64,000 nt of DNA from Patescibacteria group bacterium (lineage in GTDB: Bacteria > Patescibacteriota > Minisyncoccia > Phycocordibacterales > UBA2100). How positions within the stretch are numbered: position 1 is the stretch's first letter; every line of letters starts with the position of its first letter. Made by a program: the position numbers and the translations under genes. This document shows positions 30,222 through 40,521 of this stretch, piece after piece. A model generated the notes under the pieces. It was not told where the DNA came from and did not search any database. It saw only the letters and a list, made by a program, of their open reading frames with translations. The stretch covers positions 7,669 through 71,668 of the forward strand of contig JBBTSD010000006.1 in assembly GCA_038064835.1 (NCBI GenBank). Reading direction: 5' to 3'.

Positions 30222-31202
30222 ATGGCTGATAAAATTGCAGTAACACCGAAAGACTTCTTTTTATGGGTTGGTGCGACCATCGCTCTGTATGTAAGCACAG
30301 TGAGCTTGCTCGCGCTCTGGTTTGCATATATAGACCGACTCCTCGGTGCGGTGCCGCGCTATGCCGACCCGTTTTCGACAGGTATTCGCATTGCCGTGGC
30401 TTCGCTTGTGGTTATCTTCCCTTTGTTTATCCTACTTACGCGCATGGTGCACACCGACATCCGTAAGCACGCGGCCAAAAGTGAACTGTGGATTCGGAAG
30501 TGGCTTTTGATGCTTACTATTTTTGGAGCCGGCATCACAATGGTCATCGATCTTATCGTTCTGCTCAATACATTCCTTGGGGGCGAGGAACTCACCCCAG
30601 CGTTCCTGACAAAGGTCTTCGCGGTACTACTCGTGATTGGTGGCGCTTTTCTTTACTACCTATATGAAGTCCGTGGAGAATGGGAAAAGAACGAAATGGT
30701 GTCAAAGATAATCGCGGGTATTGTATCTGTAATTGTGCTCACATCGGTTGTTTCAGCGTTCTTTGTTATTGGCACTCCGCGCGAACTGCGCCTACTGCGC
30801 TACGACCAAGAGAAAGTGAATGCTTTGGAAAATATGCAATGGCAGATTATCAACCACTGGCAACAGAAAGCGCGGTTGCCAGAAAATCTCGACGCACTAC
30901 AAGACCCAATCAGTGGGTTTTCAGTGCCCGTAGACCCACAGACTACTGAGGGGATGGCTGGGTATGCCTATCGCATTCTTGCTCCGTTATCGTTCGAGCT
31001 TTGTGCCACATTTAACCACGCAAGTCTGGGCACTACTGGTGGTATATCAGAACCTTACGCCGTGCGCCCGCAAAAATACTCAGGTGCAGAAAAAGCTTTT
31101 TGGGAGCATTCCGCGGGAGAAGTTTGTTTTGCACGCGCTATCGATCCTGAAGCATACCCGCCGCTCCAAAAAGCCCCGACACCAACAAGGGTATTGCCAT
31201 AA
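30222..31202 (+). CDS. DUF5671-like membrane protein
   Basis: KDFFL, IRKWL, DLI-x-LL-x2-FL-x-GE TM region; C-terminal DP-x-T...Y-x-Y...FELCATF domain. Confidence 0.75.
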   Translation: MADKIAVTPKDFFLWVGATIALYVSTVSLLALWFAYIDRLLGAVPRYADPFSTGIRIAVASLVVIFPLFILLTRMVHTDIRKHAAKSELWIRKWLLMLTIFGAGITMVIDLIVLLNTFLGGEELTPAFLTKVFAVLLVIGGAFLYYLYEVRGEWEKNEMVSKIIAGIVSVIVLTSVVSAFFVIGTPRELRLLRYDQEKVNALENMQWQIINHWQQKARLPENLDALQDPISGFSVPVDPQTTEGMAGYAYRILAPLSFELCATFNHASLGTTGGISEPYAVRPQKYSGAEKAFWEHSAGEVCFARAIDPEAYPPLQKAPTPTRVLP

Positions 31203-31242
31203 CAAGACACTTGTTGTATATTGTTGTTTGATAGGAGGACCA

Positions 31243-31476
31243 ATGAGCAACAAAGAAACTGTAGATCTCGAGCGAGATGTGTTCCACCTGTTGGGAGAAA
31301 GGATTCGCACCGAGGCGTCGACACTTCCATCCAGATGCTTTCCAGAGCTCGTTGCAGTAATCGCGCCGCATTTCCGGCTGCCATACCGTTGTGTCGAAAG
31401 CCGACTGGCCGCAATGCTGCATGATGGTCAACTAGCCTACAACAGCGATTGCAAGATCGTGCTCGAGTCTTGCTAA
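31243..31476 (+). CDS. Small hypothetical protein, possibly winged-helix
   Basis: Strong SD AGGAGG before ATG 31243; terminator immediately downstream. Confidence 0.65.
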   Translation: MSNKETVDLERDVFHLLGERIRTEASTLPSRCFPELVAVIAPHFRLPYRCVESRLAAMLHDGQLAYNSDCKIVLESC

Positions 31477-31479
31477 CCT

Positions 31480-31506
31480 AAACCGGTGGAATTTCCACCG
31501 GTTTTT
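31480..31506 (+). terminator. Intrinsic terminator
   Basis: AAACCGGTGGAA-t-TTCCACCGGTTTTT. Confidence 0.85.
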
Positions 31507-31520
31507 GCTACCCTACACAG

Positions 31521-34364
31521 ATGAAGTATGACCACAGGCGCATTGAAAAGAAATGGCAACGCGAATGGGACGCGCAGGGCCTGTATCGTACCCGAGAAGA
31601 CGCCTCGAAAAAGAAATGCTTCGTACTGGATATGTTTCCCTATCCGTCAGGCGACGGTTTGCATGTGGGACATCCCAAGGGCTATATCGCCACCGATATC
31701 TACTCACGCATGAAGCGAATGCAGGGGTATACCGTTCTTCACCCGATGGGATGGGATGCCTTTGGTTTACCGGCTGAAAATTTTGCCATAAAAAACAAAG
31801 TACACCCACGCAAGGCCGTCGAGCAAAACATTGCACGCTTTAAAGAGCAGCTTTCAAAAATTGGTTTTAATTACGACTGGGGCAGGGAAGTAAACACTAC
31901 TGACCCCGAGTACTACCGATGGACTCAGTGGATTTTTATTAAGTTGTTTGAGAAGGGGCTCGCGTATCAATCATACGAGCCAATCAACTGGTGTCCGTCT
32001 TGTCAGACGGGCCTTGCCAACGAAGATTTAGACGGCGGTGTCTGCGAACGGTGTGGCAGCATCGTTGAGAAACGCCCGATGCGTCAATGGGTGCTTAGAA
32101 TCACCGAGTATGCCGACCGGCTACTTGCTGACCTGCAAGACCTGCCCCAGTGGCCAGAACATATCAAAGAAAGCCAGCGCAATTGGATTGGCAGAAGTGA
32201 AGGTGCGCTTATAAAATTCCCACTTTTTGGAATTTCAGGACAGACTGATGGGAAGCATGCCGTAGAAGTCTTTACGACGCGACCCGATACGATGTTTGGT
32301 GCTACCTTCATCGCAATTTCTCCCGAGCTGGCACAGAAGTGGATTTCGATCGGCTGGAAGGCACCTTCTGGCGTAGCAACCCTTGCAACTCAAATGATAG
32401 AAGAGCGTAAAAAAGCAGGTGTCAAAGGCATTACCGAAAAGAAAGGTAGCGACACAGGGTTGTTTGCTGAGAACCCAATCAATCACGAAAAGATACCAGT
32501 GTGGCTTGCCAACTATGTACTTGGCGATATTGGTACAGGGGCAATCATGGCGGTGCCCGCGCACGACGAACGCGATTTTGAGTTTGCAAAAAAGTACAAT
32601 CTTCCCATGCGACGAGTTGTCGAGCCGAAATTCACTGCAACCAGCGGAGACTCGATGGTCAAAGAAGGTGAAGATTTTGTAAAGCGTGATGCGATTTGCG
32701 CCGTGGTGCGTAATCCCAAAGATGACACCTATCTGTGCGTCAGCTGGAAGCAGGCATCCATGAAAGGGCTGGTGACCGGCGGTGTCGAACCCGAAGAGGA
32801 TATAGTGCAAGCGGCGCGCAGAGAGATTCTTGAAGAAACAGGCTACAAAAATCTACGACTCGTACGCAATACAGGGTTCGCATTGCACAGCCTTTTCTAT
32901 CATCGTCTGAAAAAACAGAATCGATGGGCACGGTTCCAATATCTCTTCTTCGAATTAGAGGACGAGTCGCGCAATTCTATCGACGAGCACGAAGAAGCCC
33001 TGCATGACATAGTTTGGCAACCCGCGAGCAAATTAAAAGATTTTTTCTCGGTCATTGAAGGTACTTTTTCCGTACACCTGATTGAGAATCCGGACTACAT
33101 TTTCACCGGCGATGGCGTACTCCACGCTTCCAACGAATTTGACGACATGGACTCTGTCGTAGCGCGTCGTAAAATGACCGACGCTGTCGGTGGAACATGG
33201 ACCACCACCTATCGTCTCAAGGATTGGGTGTTTTCTCGGCAACGCTACTGGGGCGAGCCAATTCCTATTATTCACTGTGAACAGTGCGGGCCAGTGGCTG
33301 TTCCCGAAAAAGACTTACCTGTCTTATTGCCCGATGTTGAAAAATATGAGCCAACAGGGACTGGTGAGTCGCCACTTGCCGGTATCACTGACTGGGTGAA
33401 TACCACCTGTCCAGTCTGCAGTGGTCCCGGGAAACGAGAGACCAACACCATGCCACAGTGGGCTGGGTCGTGCTGGTACTATCTGCGCTACATGGATCCA
33501 CAGAATTCCGAATCGCTCGTTGCTTCTGAGAGAGAAAAATATTGGGCGCCAGTCGATGTGTATGTGGGGGGTGCCGAGCATGCCACGCGTCACTTAATCT
33601 ATGCGCGATTCTGGCATAAATTTCTGCTCGACCATGGCTTCGTGAGTACCGCAGAGCCATTCAGTCGGTTGATTTCTGTGGGCCTCATCATGGCCGAGGA
33701 TGGACGCAAAATGAGCAAACGCTATGGCAATGTCATAAACCCTGACGATGTGGTGGAAACATGGGGTGCTGACACGCTTCGTTTGTACGAGATGTTCATG
33801 GGTCCATTTACCGATGCAATTGCCTGGAGCACCGACAACATGATCGGAGTTCGTCGATTTCTTGAGCGAGTGTGGCGTCTTCAAGACAGTGTCTCTGATG
33901 CAACAACACCAAACGCAACTGCTGAATTGCACCGAACCATTAAGAAAGTCGGCGAGGATATCGAGCATTTCAAATTCAACACTGCCATTAGCCAAATGAT
34001 GATATTTCTCAATTGTGTTGAGAAAGAGTCCTTAAGTAGGGAAGACTACCTAACATTCATCCGCCTTTTAGCACCATTTGCACCGCATGTTTCTGAGGAG
34101 ATTTGGAGTATGCATGGGGGACAAGGCTCAATTCATATCAATCCCTGGCCAATCGCGGACGAAGGTAAAATTGTCATGGGTGATGTTGTGGTAGTCGTGC
34201 AGATTAATGGGAAAATCCGGGCACAGATACCTGTCGATCTGGGAATGACCGATACTGAGATAATTAAAAAAGCGCGACTTGCAGTCGAAAAGTGGTTGGA
34301 AGGCAAGGAAGTGATGCGCGAGGTCATTGTCCCTAAAAAATTGATCAACTTTGTCATCCGCTAA
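31521..34364 (+). CDS. leuS: Leucine--tRNA ligase with inserted Nudix domain
   Basis: MFPYPSG-x2-LHVGH, KMSKR, GTG-x-IMAVPAHD editing motif; Nudix box GGVEPEEDIVQAARREILEETG. Confidence 0.97.
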   Translation: MKYDHRRIEKKWQREWDAQGLYRTREDASKKKCFVLDMFPYPSGDGLHVGHPKGYIATDIYSRMKRMQGYTVLHPMGWDAFGLPAENFAIKNKVHPRKAVEQNIARFKEQLSKIGFNYDWGREVNTTDPEYYRWTQWIFIKLFEKGLAYQSYEPINWCPSCQTGLANEDLDGGVCERCGSIVEKRPMRQWVLRITEYADRLLADLQDLPQWPEHIKESQRNWIGRSEGALIKFPLFGISGQTDGKHAVEVFTTRPDTMFGATFIAISPELAQKWISIGWKAPSGVATLATQMIEERKKAGVKGITEKKGSDTGLFAENPINHEKIPVWLANYVLGDIGTGAIMAVPAHDERDFEFAKKYNLPMRRVVEPKFTATSGDSMVKEGEDFVKRDAICAVVRNPKDDTYLCVSWKQASMKGLVTGGVEPEEDIVQAARREILEETGYKNLRLVRNTGFALHSLFYHRLKKQNRWARFQYLFFELEDESRNSIDEHEEALHDIVWQPASKLKDFFSVIEGTFSVHLIENPDYIFTGDGVLHASNEFDDMDSVVARRKMTDAVGGTWTTTYRLKDWVFSRQRYWGEPIPIIHCEQCGPVAVPEKDLPVLLPDVEKYEPTGTGESPLAGITDWVNTTCPVCSGPGKRETNTMPQWAGSCWYYLRYMDPQNSESLVASEREKYWAPVDVYVGGAEHATRHLIYARFWHKFLLDHGFVSTAEPFSRLISVGLIMAEDGRKMSKRYGNVINPDDVVETWGADTLRLYEMFMGPFTDAIAWSTDNMIGVRRFLERVWRLQDSVSDATTPNATAELHRTIKKVGEDIEHFKFNTAISQMMIFLNCVEKESLSREDYLTFIRLLAPFAPHVSEEIWSMHGGQGSIHINPWPIADEGKIVMGDVVVVVQINGKIRAQIPVDLGMTDTEIIKKARLAVEKWLEGKEVMREVIVPKKLINFVIR

Positions 34365-34401
34365 ATTTGTGGTATTTTGTTGTTTGGCTGAGGAGTGACC
34401 A

Positions 34402-34704
34402 ATGCAACAACCTAAGGACCTGGATGTCCCACCATCCCCGGGTGGCGGGGGCAGGCTTCCGGGGATGATGATGCTAATTGCAGTTTGCATCACGCTCTAT
34501 ACTGCCCTACCTCTGTACACGCATACGCCTGCTCCGGCACGAAAAGTGTGGGTTGAGGGAAAACCGGCCTGGGTAGTCCCTGCCTACAACGATGCGGAAT
34601 TGTGCGTAGTATACAATCCGCCCACACGAAAGCCTGAAACGGGGCCTGGATTGCATAGCGGTCGTGGGATGATTTCCTGTGTACAAACCACTCCGCGCGA
34701 GTGA
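34402..34704 (+). CDS. Small single-TM hypothetical protein
   Basis: SD GAGGAG; one TM; Cys pair. Confidence 0.6.
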   Translation: MQQPKDLDVPPSPGGGGRLPGMMMLIAVCITLYTALPLYTHTPAPARKVWVEGKPAWVVPAYNDAELCVVYNPPTRKPETGPGLHSGRGMISCVQTTPRE

Positions 34705-34732
34705 CAACTAGCGACCGACAGGGTCGCTTCTT

Positions 34733-36211
34733 TCATGGGTACTTCTTTTGTAATTTCGCACCGCTCGCTGTGTCCACGAGCAAGAATCCTTTTTCCTCAA
34801 TTTGCGCGCGAATTACATCGGCCTTTGTCCAATCCTTCGCAGACCGAGCAGCGTCTCTTTCATCAAGAAGCGTCTGGAGCTGGGCAGGAATGTTTGCTGC
34901 GTCAACTGCCGTAGGTACCGATTTTTTTACAAATGCCACTATTTCATCGGGAGGGGATTCGAGACCGATGCCAAGTACACGATCTGCATCGCACAGTAGG
35001 GCAGCTTTATCTGCATTACTGACCGCTGTGTCTTTAAGCATCTCCCACAGTAAAGCAATGGCCTTGGGGGTGTCGAGATTGTCGTTTATATACATTTGGA
35101 ACCGTTCCTTCCAGTGCAAAGGTACAGCCCCATCGTTGGTGCGATGCATTGCAACAAATTGGTGCAATTCGAAGAATGCTTTCGTTGCTCCATCAAGTGC
35201 CTCCCAGACAAAATTGGCCGGGGTGCTGTAGTGGCTGGTTAGGAACCAGTAGCGGAGGGCGAGTGGGTGGAAGTGGCGTGACACAATGTCCTCCAAGAAA
35301 ATAGAATTCCCTTCGGACTTTGCTATCTTGTGGCCGTCGATTTGGATATGTGCACGATGCATCCAATATTTGACAAACGGAGCGCGCCCAGTTGCCGCTT
35401 CCGATTGAGCGATTTCGTTGTTGTGGTGGATAGGCACATGTTCAATCCCACCAGTATGAATGTCTATCTGCTCACCGAGTGTTGCGCGGATCATGGCAGA
35501 GCATTCAATGTGCCAGCCAGGGAAACCCATACCCCACGGGCTCTGCCAGCCGCATAAAAGATCCTTTTTCCACAAAACAAAATCTGTGGAACTTCTTTTA
35601 CTTGTATTTGTTGCGACCCGGGCACCTTCTTGCAATTTTTGGGCACGCACATTCCCAAGGGCGCCATAGGAAGGGAAACGACTTGTTTCAAAATACAAAC
35701 CATCAGGTGTATCGTAGGTGTATCCTTTTTCAGTAAGTGTTTTTATGAGTGCGATCTGGGCACCTACATACTCGCTTGCACGAGGGAAAACGATGCGCTC
35801 AGTGTCAACGCCGAGCGCGCGAATATCCCCTAAGTACTGCTCGGTGTAACGGTCAGCAAGTATCTTCATATTTGCCATGGTGATAGGAAGTTTTTCGCGT
35901 CGCAGTGCTTTGGTCATTTTGTCTTCCCCCTCATCAGCATCAGACACAAGGTGTCCGAAGTCGGTAATGTTGATTGCTTGTTTCACCTTGAAGCCGTTGT
36001 AGATAAGCATGCGCCCGATGACATCTGCGAAAACAGCCGCCGAAAGATTGCCAATGTGCTGGCGGTCATACACAGTTGGCCCGCAGTTGTACATGCGCAC
36101 AGTGCGTCCCAAGGGCTTGAAAGCCTCCTTGGTGCCAGTCAAAGTGTTATACAGAAAAACGGGCTTTTCAAGAGAATGTTGCACCTGTGGTTTTTTGAAC
36201 CATCCAAACAT
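34733..36211 (-). CDS. cysS: Cysteine--tRNA ligase
   Basis: CGPTVY, HIGN, PGWHIECSAM, HHNNEIAQ, KIAKS. Confidence 0.97.
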   Translation of the reverse strand: MFGWFKKPQVQHSLEKPVFLYNTLTGTKEAFKPLGRTVRMYNCGPTVYDRQHIGNLSAAVFADVIGRMLIYNGFKVKQAINITDFGHLVSDADEGEDKMTKALRREKLPITMANMKILADRYTEQYLGDIRALGVDTERIVFPRASEYVGAQIALIKTLTEKGYTYDTPDGLYFETSRFPSYGALGNVRAQKLQEGARVATNTSKRSSTDFVLWKKDLLCGWQSPWGMGFPGWHIECSAMIRATLGEQIDIHTGGIEHVPIHHNNEIAQSEAATGRAPFVKYWMHRAHIQIDGHKIAKSEGNSIFLEDIVSRHFHPLALRYWFLTSHYSTPANFVWEALDGATKAFFELHQFVAMHRTNDGAVPLHWKERFQMYINDNLDTPKAIALLWEMLKDTAVSNADKAALLCDADRVLGIGLESPPDEIVAFVKKSVPTAVDAANIPAQLQTLLDERDAARSAKDWTKADVIRAQIEEKGFLLVDTASGAKLQKKYP

Positions 36212-36264
36212 ACCACCATGCTAACAGGAAATAGGGGTTATACCACAAGAATCTAGTAGACCTT

Positions 36265-37176
36265 CTACCACCATTTTTGAGAGCGAAAATACGCAAACAT
36301 ACACACAGCAGCAACACCCATTATTGCAATGACTGCCCAGAAATCATAGGCGTGTCCAACAAGTGGCGTATGCGCGGTATTCATACCGAATAGCGTTGCA
36401 ATCAAAGAAAGTGGCAGGGTAGCAAATGCCATAATCGTCAGGGTTTTCATAATATCGTTCTGCTTGGCAGTAAGCAGAGAATTGTTTGTCTCGCGCAATT
36501 CGCGGAGCGTTTCCGTAAGGCGTGTAATATGGCTGTAAACACGGTGGTTTTCGTTTGTCAGGCCACGCAAAAACGGCGCAAATGCGTCTCCAAAAAAGAG
36601 TGACCCTTCTCGTTCGAGTTCGTGGAGGATGTCTCGATGTGGTTCGACTGCTTGGCGCAAGTCTACTAGATCTCGCCCGGCTCCTGAAAGAGCTGTCACC
36701 ATGGCCCGTTCATGTCCAGAAAATATCTGTTGCTCAATTTCGTCGAGTGCGCCGCGTACCACTACATGCTCATGCTCTGTGGCTTTGTACATGCGTTTCA
36801 TCATGTAGTAGAAAATAAATCCTGGATGGTCGCCCAAGCTTGCTTTGTCAGTGTGCGAATTTACCTCAAACACACGGGAAAATAGGTGTAGTGGATCGAC
36901 GATGTCGTAGCGAGTCGTAATTATGAAATCGCGCCCGACGACAAAATCGACTTCCTGGTCTTTTGTCTTGTGCGTGTGTCTTGTGGTTGGAAAATGGAGG
37001 ACAATGTACAGGTAGTGACTATGGCGCTCCAAACGAGGCTTTACCGTAGGAAATAAAAGCTCTTCCGCGATGAAACGGTCAAGACGGAATTCCTCCATCA
37101 CCAACATCGCTTCAGCGTGTGTCGGGGATTCGAGATCAACCCATGTAATACCTGCGTGGCTAAATCGCGTTAGCAT
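36265..37176 (-). CDS. corA: CorA-family Mg2+ transporter
   Basis: WVDLE-x-P N-terminus, MKTLT...FGMN, two C-terminal TMs; start ATG 37176. Confidence 0.9.
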   Translation of the reverse strand: MLTRFSHAGITWVDLESPTHAEAMLVMEEFRLDRFIAEELLFPTVKPRLERHSHYLYIVLHFPTTRHTHKTKDQEVDFVVGRDFIITTRYDIVDPLHLFSRVFEVNSHTDKASLGDHPGFIFYYMMKRMYKATEHEHVVVRGALDEIEQQIFSGHERAMVTALSGAGRDLVDLRQAVEPHRDILHELEREGSLFFGDAFAPFLRGLTNENHRVYSHITRLTETLRELRETNNSLLTAKQNDIMKTLTIMAFATLPLSLIATLFGMNTAHTPLVGHAYDFWAVIAIMGVAAVCMFAYFRSQKWW

Positions 37177-37276
37177 GTATCTAGTATACCTGTCCCACGC
37201 ACAGCAGGGTATGTTTGTGTCAGAAGTGTGAATATACACAGTTGTGGGTGTTGTACGCCCATGCGATACTCACTCG

Positions 37277-38554
37277 ATGCAACCTGAAAATACGAATTCA
37301 TTTCTTAGTGTGCGTACAGTTGCGGGATGGGCTGTTGTCCTCGTCACATTTTCTTTCAGTGTCGGTGCGGTTGTTGGCGCCTACAAGAACGCCCAAGTCG
37401 CAAGTGTGGCTTCAGCTATCGGGCTCGCGCAATTTTCTCCTCCACCTGGTGTTGATTTTTCTCCCGTTTGGAAAGCCTGGACGGTAATCGACGAACGATT
37501 TGTTCCCGCGAGGATCTCGACCAGTACCGCTACCAGCACCGAAGCTACAGGCGCTACTGATCCTCAGGAGCGTGTGTGGGGGATGATAGAAGGTCTCGCC
37601 TCCTCACTAGGAGATCCATACACACTCTTCCTGCCCCCAACCGATGCAAAGATTTTTGAAGAAGATATCAGCGGCAATTTCGAAGGGGTAGGTATGGAGA
37701 TTGCTATTCGTGAGAATATTCTCACCGTCGTTTCGCCGCTTAAAGATTCTCCCGCTGCCAAGGCTGGTCTCAAGGCAGCCGATAAAATTTTGAAGATCGA
37801 CGACGCTGATACACGCAGTATGTCTGTCGAGGCCGCAGTCAAGCGTATCCGAGGGACCAAAGGCACGACAGTAACCTTTAAAGTACTACGCGAGGGTGAG
37901 GCTGATTTCCTTACGATTCCTGTCGTTCGTGATGTCATCAATATTCCCACCATCAAGACCGAGCTCCGCAAGGACGGTGTCTTCCTGATCCAGCTGTATA
38001 ACTTCTCGGCGTTATCGGCGGGCCTTTTCCGCGATGCACTGCGCGAATTCAAAGATAGTGGATCACATAGGTTGATACTCGACCTCCGTGGGAACCCTGG
38101 CGGTTACCTTGAAGCGTCAGTAGATATGGCGAGCTGGTTTTTGCCACTCGGTAGTGTGGTTGTGACCGAGGACTACGGTGATCGTGGCGAGGATATTGTG
38201 CACCGTAGTCGTGGCTACAATATTTTTGACGACTCACTCGACATGGTAATCCTTGTTGATCGCGGTTCAGCCTCCGCTTCCGAGATACTTTCCGGTGCAT
38301 TGCAACATTATAAGATTGCCCAGCTAGTCGGAACCAATACCTTTGGCAAAGGATCGGTCCAAGAGCTTGTCCCGATTACCACTGGCACCTCGCTCAAGAT
38401 TACCGTTGCTCGCTGGCTGATGCCTTCCGGGTTCCAGATTCCAAACGATGGAATACCGCCAGACACCGAGGTAAAAATCGAAAAAAAGGATGTCGAGGCC
38501 GGCAAGGACCCGCAACTCGATAAGGCAGTTGAATTATTACTGAAAGGCGAGTAG
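37277..38554 (+). CDS. C-terminal processing protease (S41) with PDZ domain
   Basis: DPYT, DLRGNPGG, SASASE, TFGKG; start ATG 37277. Confidence 0.95.
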   Translation: MQPENTNSFLSVRTVAGWAVVLVTFSFSVGAVVGAYKNAQVASVASAIGLAQFSPPPGVDFSPVWKAWTVIDERFVPARISTSTATSTEATGATDPQERVWGMIEGLASSLGDPYTLFLPPTDAKIFEEDISGNFEGVGMEIAIRENILTVVSPLKDSPAAKAGLKAADKILKIDDADTRSMSVEAAVKRIRGTKGTTVTFKVLREGEADFLTIPVVRDVINIPTIKTELRKDGVFLIQLYNFSALSAGLFRDALREFKDSGSHRLILDLRGNPGGYLEASVDMASWFLPLGSVVVTEDYGDRGEDIVHRSRGYNIFDDSLDMVILVDRGSASASEILSGALQHYKIAQLVGTNTFGKGSVQELVPITTGTSLKITVARWLMPSGFQIPNDGIPPDTEVKIEKKDVEAGKDPQLDKAVELLLKGE

Positions 38555-38555
38555 A

Positions 38556-39017
38556 ATGCCCTCTACTCGTATGAAAGTCATATTACTTAAAGATGTACCC
38601 AAAGTAGGGCGTCAGTTTGATGTAAAGGTGGTGGCAGACGGCTATGCCCTCAACTTCCTTTTCCCCAAGCGTTTCGCCGAGCTTGCCACGAAGGAACGGT
38701 TGGCCACTATTGCAGCTCGACAGGGTGAAATAGACGCTACACGCGCTCGGAACGCAGTGAGCCTTGCAGATACCATCAAAAAACTTGATGGTGCACACAT
38801 TGTCATGCCAGTAGGCAAGGCGAATGCTCAGGGCAATCTTTACAAAAAGATCGATGCCAAAGACATCGCCCGTCACCTGAGTAAGGAGATTGAGCAAACT
38901 GTCACCGAGGACGCCATCGTGCTCGACGAGCCCATTCGCACGACTGGAGAACGCCCCATCACCATCTCGATGGGCGGTGCTGAGGCAACATTCTCATTGA
39001 TTATCGAGGCTGCGTAG
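38556..39017 (+). CDS. rplI: 50S ribosomal protein L9
   Basis: MKVILLKDV-x2-VG, V-x-DGYALNFL-x-P; start may be 38571. Confidence 0.95.
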   Translation: MPSTRMKVILLKDVPKVGRQFDVKVVADGYALNFLFPKRFAELATKERLATIAARQGEIDATRARNAVSLADTIKKLDGAHIVMPVGKANAQGNLYKKIDAKDIARHLSKEIEQTVTEDAIVLDEPIRTTGERPITISMGGAEATFSLIIEAA

Positions 39018-39033
39018 TCTTGGGGTAGACGAC

Positions 39034-39061
39034 AAAAAGCGAGGAATTTCCTCGCTTTTTT
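39034..39061. terminator. Bidirectional terminator rplI/rpmA
   Basis: AAAAAGCGAGGAA-t-TTCCTCGCTTTTT. Confidence 0.9.
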
Positions 39062-39080
39062 GTATGCGTCACACCATCTG

Positions 39081-39353
39081 CTAGACTACATGAACAATTG
39101 ATCGTGTCTTAGTTCGGCCATTGAAATTCCGCTTACGCATAGTGCGAAAACTTACAACGCCGTCCTTGAGTGCAAATATGGTGTGATCGCTACCGAGACC
39201 AACATTCTTTCCGGGGACAATACTGGTGCCTCGTTGACGCACGATAATCATGCCCGTACGGGCTGATTGGCCATCGCCAATTTTAACCCCCAAAAATTGT
39301 GGGCCTGAATCAGTCAGGTTTTTCGCGGTACCTGCGCCTTTTTTAGTTGCCAT
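39081..39353 (-). CDS. rpmA: 50S ribosomal protein L27
   Basis: [25 protein letters not shown]. Confidence 0.97.
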   Translation of the reverse strand: MATKKGAGTAKNLTDSGPQFLGVKIGDGQSARTGMIIVRQRGTSIVPGKNVGLGSDHTIFALKDGVVSFRTMRKRNFNGRTKTRSIVHVV

Positions 39354-39374
39354 ACGATATTATGCTATATTCCT

Positions 39375-39740
39375 GTGGTGACAACTATACGGCATTGGCT
39401 GGGTAAAATCAAGGGGGAGGGGGGTGCGCAATTTATAACACCCCTGCTCGTTATTTTGGTCGGTCTGGGAGGATACGCCATTGGGCGAATTCAAACAGTT
39501 CCCAATAATACTCTCTCTGCAACAGCCATCCAGGCATTATCCAGGGAACCCGTTGCCCCTCACCAGGCCCCGAAAACTAACGGGAAGGTAGTCGCCTCAA
39601 AAACAGGTAAAAAGTATCATCTACCTTGGTGCGGGGGCGCACGAACTATTGCAGAAGACAAGAAAGTGTGGTTTGAAACTTCCACGGAAGCGCGTGCGGC
39701 TGGCTACCTGCCTGCCCAGAACTGCCAAGGGATTGAGTGA
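39375..39740 (+). CDS. Membrane-anchored protein with Ada-like metal-binding domain
   Basis: One TM; ASKTGKKYH-x3-C...F-x4-EA-x2-AGY-x-P-x3-C; start may be GTG 39378. Confidence 0.75.
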   Translation: MVTTIRHWLGKIKGEGGAQFITPLLVILVGLGGYAIGRIQTVPNNTLSATAIQALSREPVAPHQAPKTNGKVVASKTGKKYHLPWCGGARTIAEDKKVWFETSTEARAAGYLPAQNCQGIE

Positions 39741-39752
39741 TTGATACGAAAG

Positions 39753-39776
39753 AGCCCCCGCAGAGATGCGGGGGCT
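39753..39776. terminator. Terminator between convergent genes
   Basis: AGCCCCCGCA-gaga-TGCGGGGGCT. Confidence 0.75.
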
Positions 39777-39814
39777 AGATTGACTACGCTGTCACGATGG
39801 CAAAAACGGCGCCT

Positions 39815-40417
39815 TTATTTGACACCGCGAAGGTGTCGTTCCGCCTGCCAGTCCATAATATTGCCGACCAGATGATAGGTATAGTTGATGAGCTCGCGGA
39901 CCATGTCCGAGAACACAAAGACCATGCCGTCCCAGGGCCACAGGAACCACCAACGCTTGAATTGCTTCTCGTTGTAGGCGGCGCTGGGCCTGGGGCCGAT
40001 TCGAACTGTATAGACGCTCTTCCATTCTTTGACCTTATCTTCAGGAAGAACCGTCAGGGTACGCTCTTTCAAATAGATCACCTGGAGCGCATCGTGCTTG
40101 CGGCGCCACTCGGGGACATAGAGCTCCCAGCGCAACAGCGCGTAGAGCAGGCCGACCGAAACATAGATGGCAACAAGCACGAGTGCTCGCAACCATCGAC
40201 TCCGCAAATAGGCGATGAGGGTGACGCCAGGGATTATATGGAGCAGGAAGCCGCCTGCCACCATAATCGCGAGCGCACCGGCGCCGACATACCAGTCGGA
40301 ATCGAAGCTCAGGAGAGGGAAGAAGAGGGCGAACCCTCCTGCCAAGATGATCCAAACCCATGTCCCTTCGGAAAGACCGAAAGGGGTGTTGTGGGCTGGG
40401 CTGCGCGTCTGGGCCAT
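39815..40417 (-). CDS. Hypothetical membrane protein
   Basis: Three to four TM segments, WxxxWPW motif, SD AGAGG. Confidence 0.7.
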   Translation of the reverse strand: MAQTRSPAHNTPFGLSEGTWVWIILAGGFALFFPLLSFDSDWYVGAGALAIMVAGGFLLHIIPGVTLIAYLRSRWLRALVLVAIYVSVGLLYALLRWELYVPEWRRKHDALQVIYLKERTLTVLPEDKVKEWKSVYTVRIGPRPSAAYNEKQFKRWWFLWPWDGMVFVFSDMVRELINYTYHLVGNIMDWQAERHLRGVK

Positions 40418-40521
40418 GAGAAATCCTCTTTTGTTTAAAGCTGCCGGCGAACGAGCTGGGATGCATAGTATGCCACGCTTTTTATGTTGTCAAGTTCTAA
40501 AAGAGCGAGTACAATAATCCG

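Noticed and set aside
30964-31242. N-terminal extension of the 170-aa track ORF
   Set aside because: Overlaps the upstream gene; a strong SD supports the start at 31243
39797-40438. 213-aa plus-strand ORF
   Set aside because: Fully antisense to an SD-led membrane protein gene with better protein-like features
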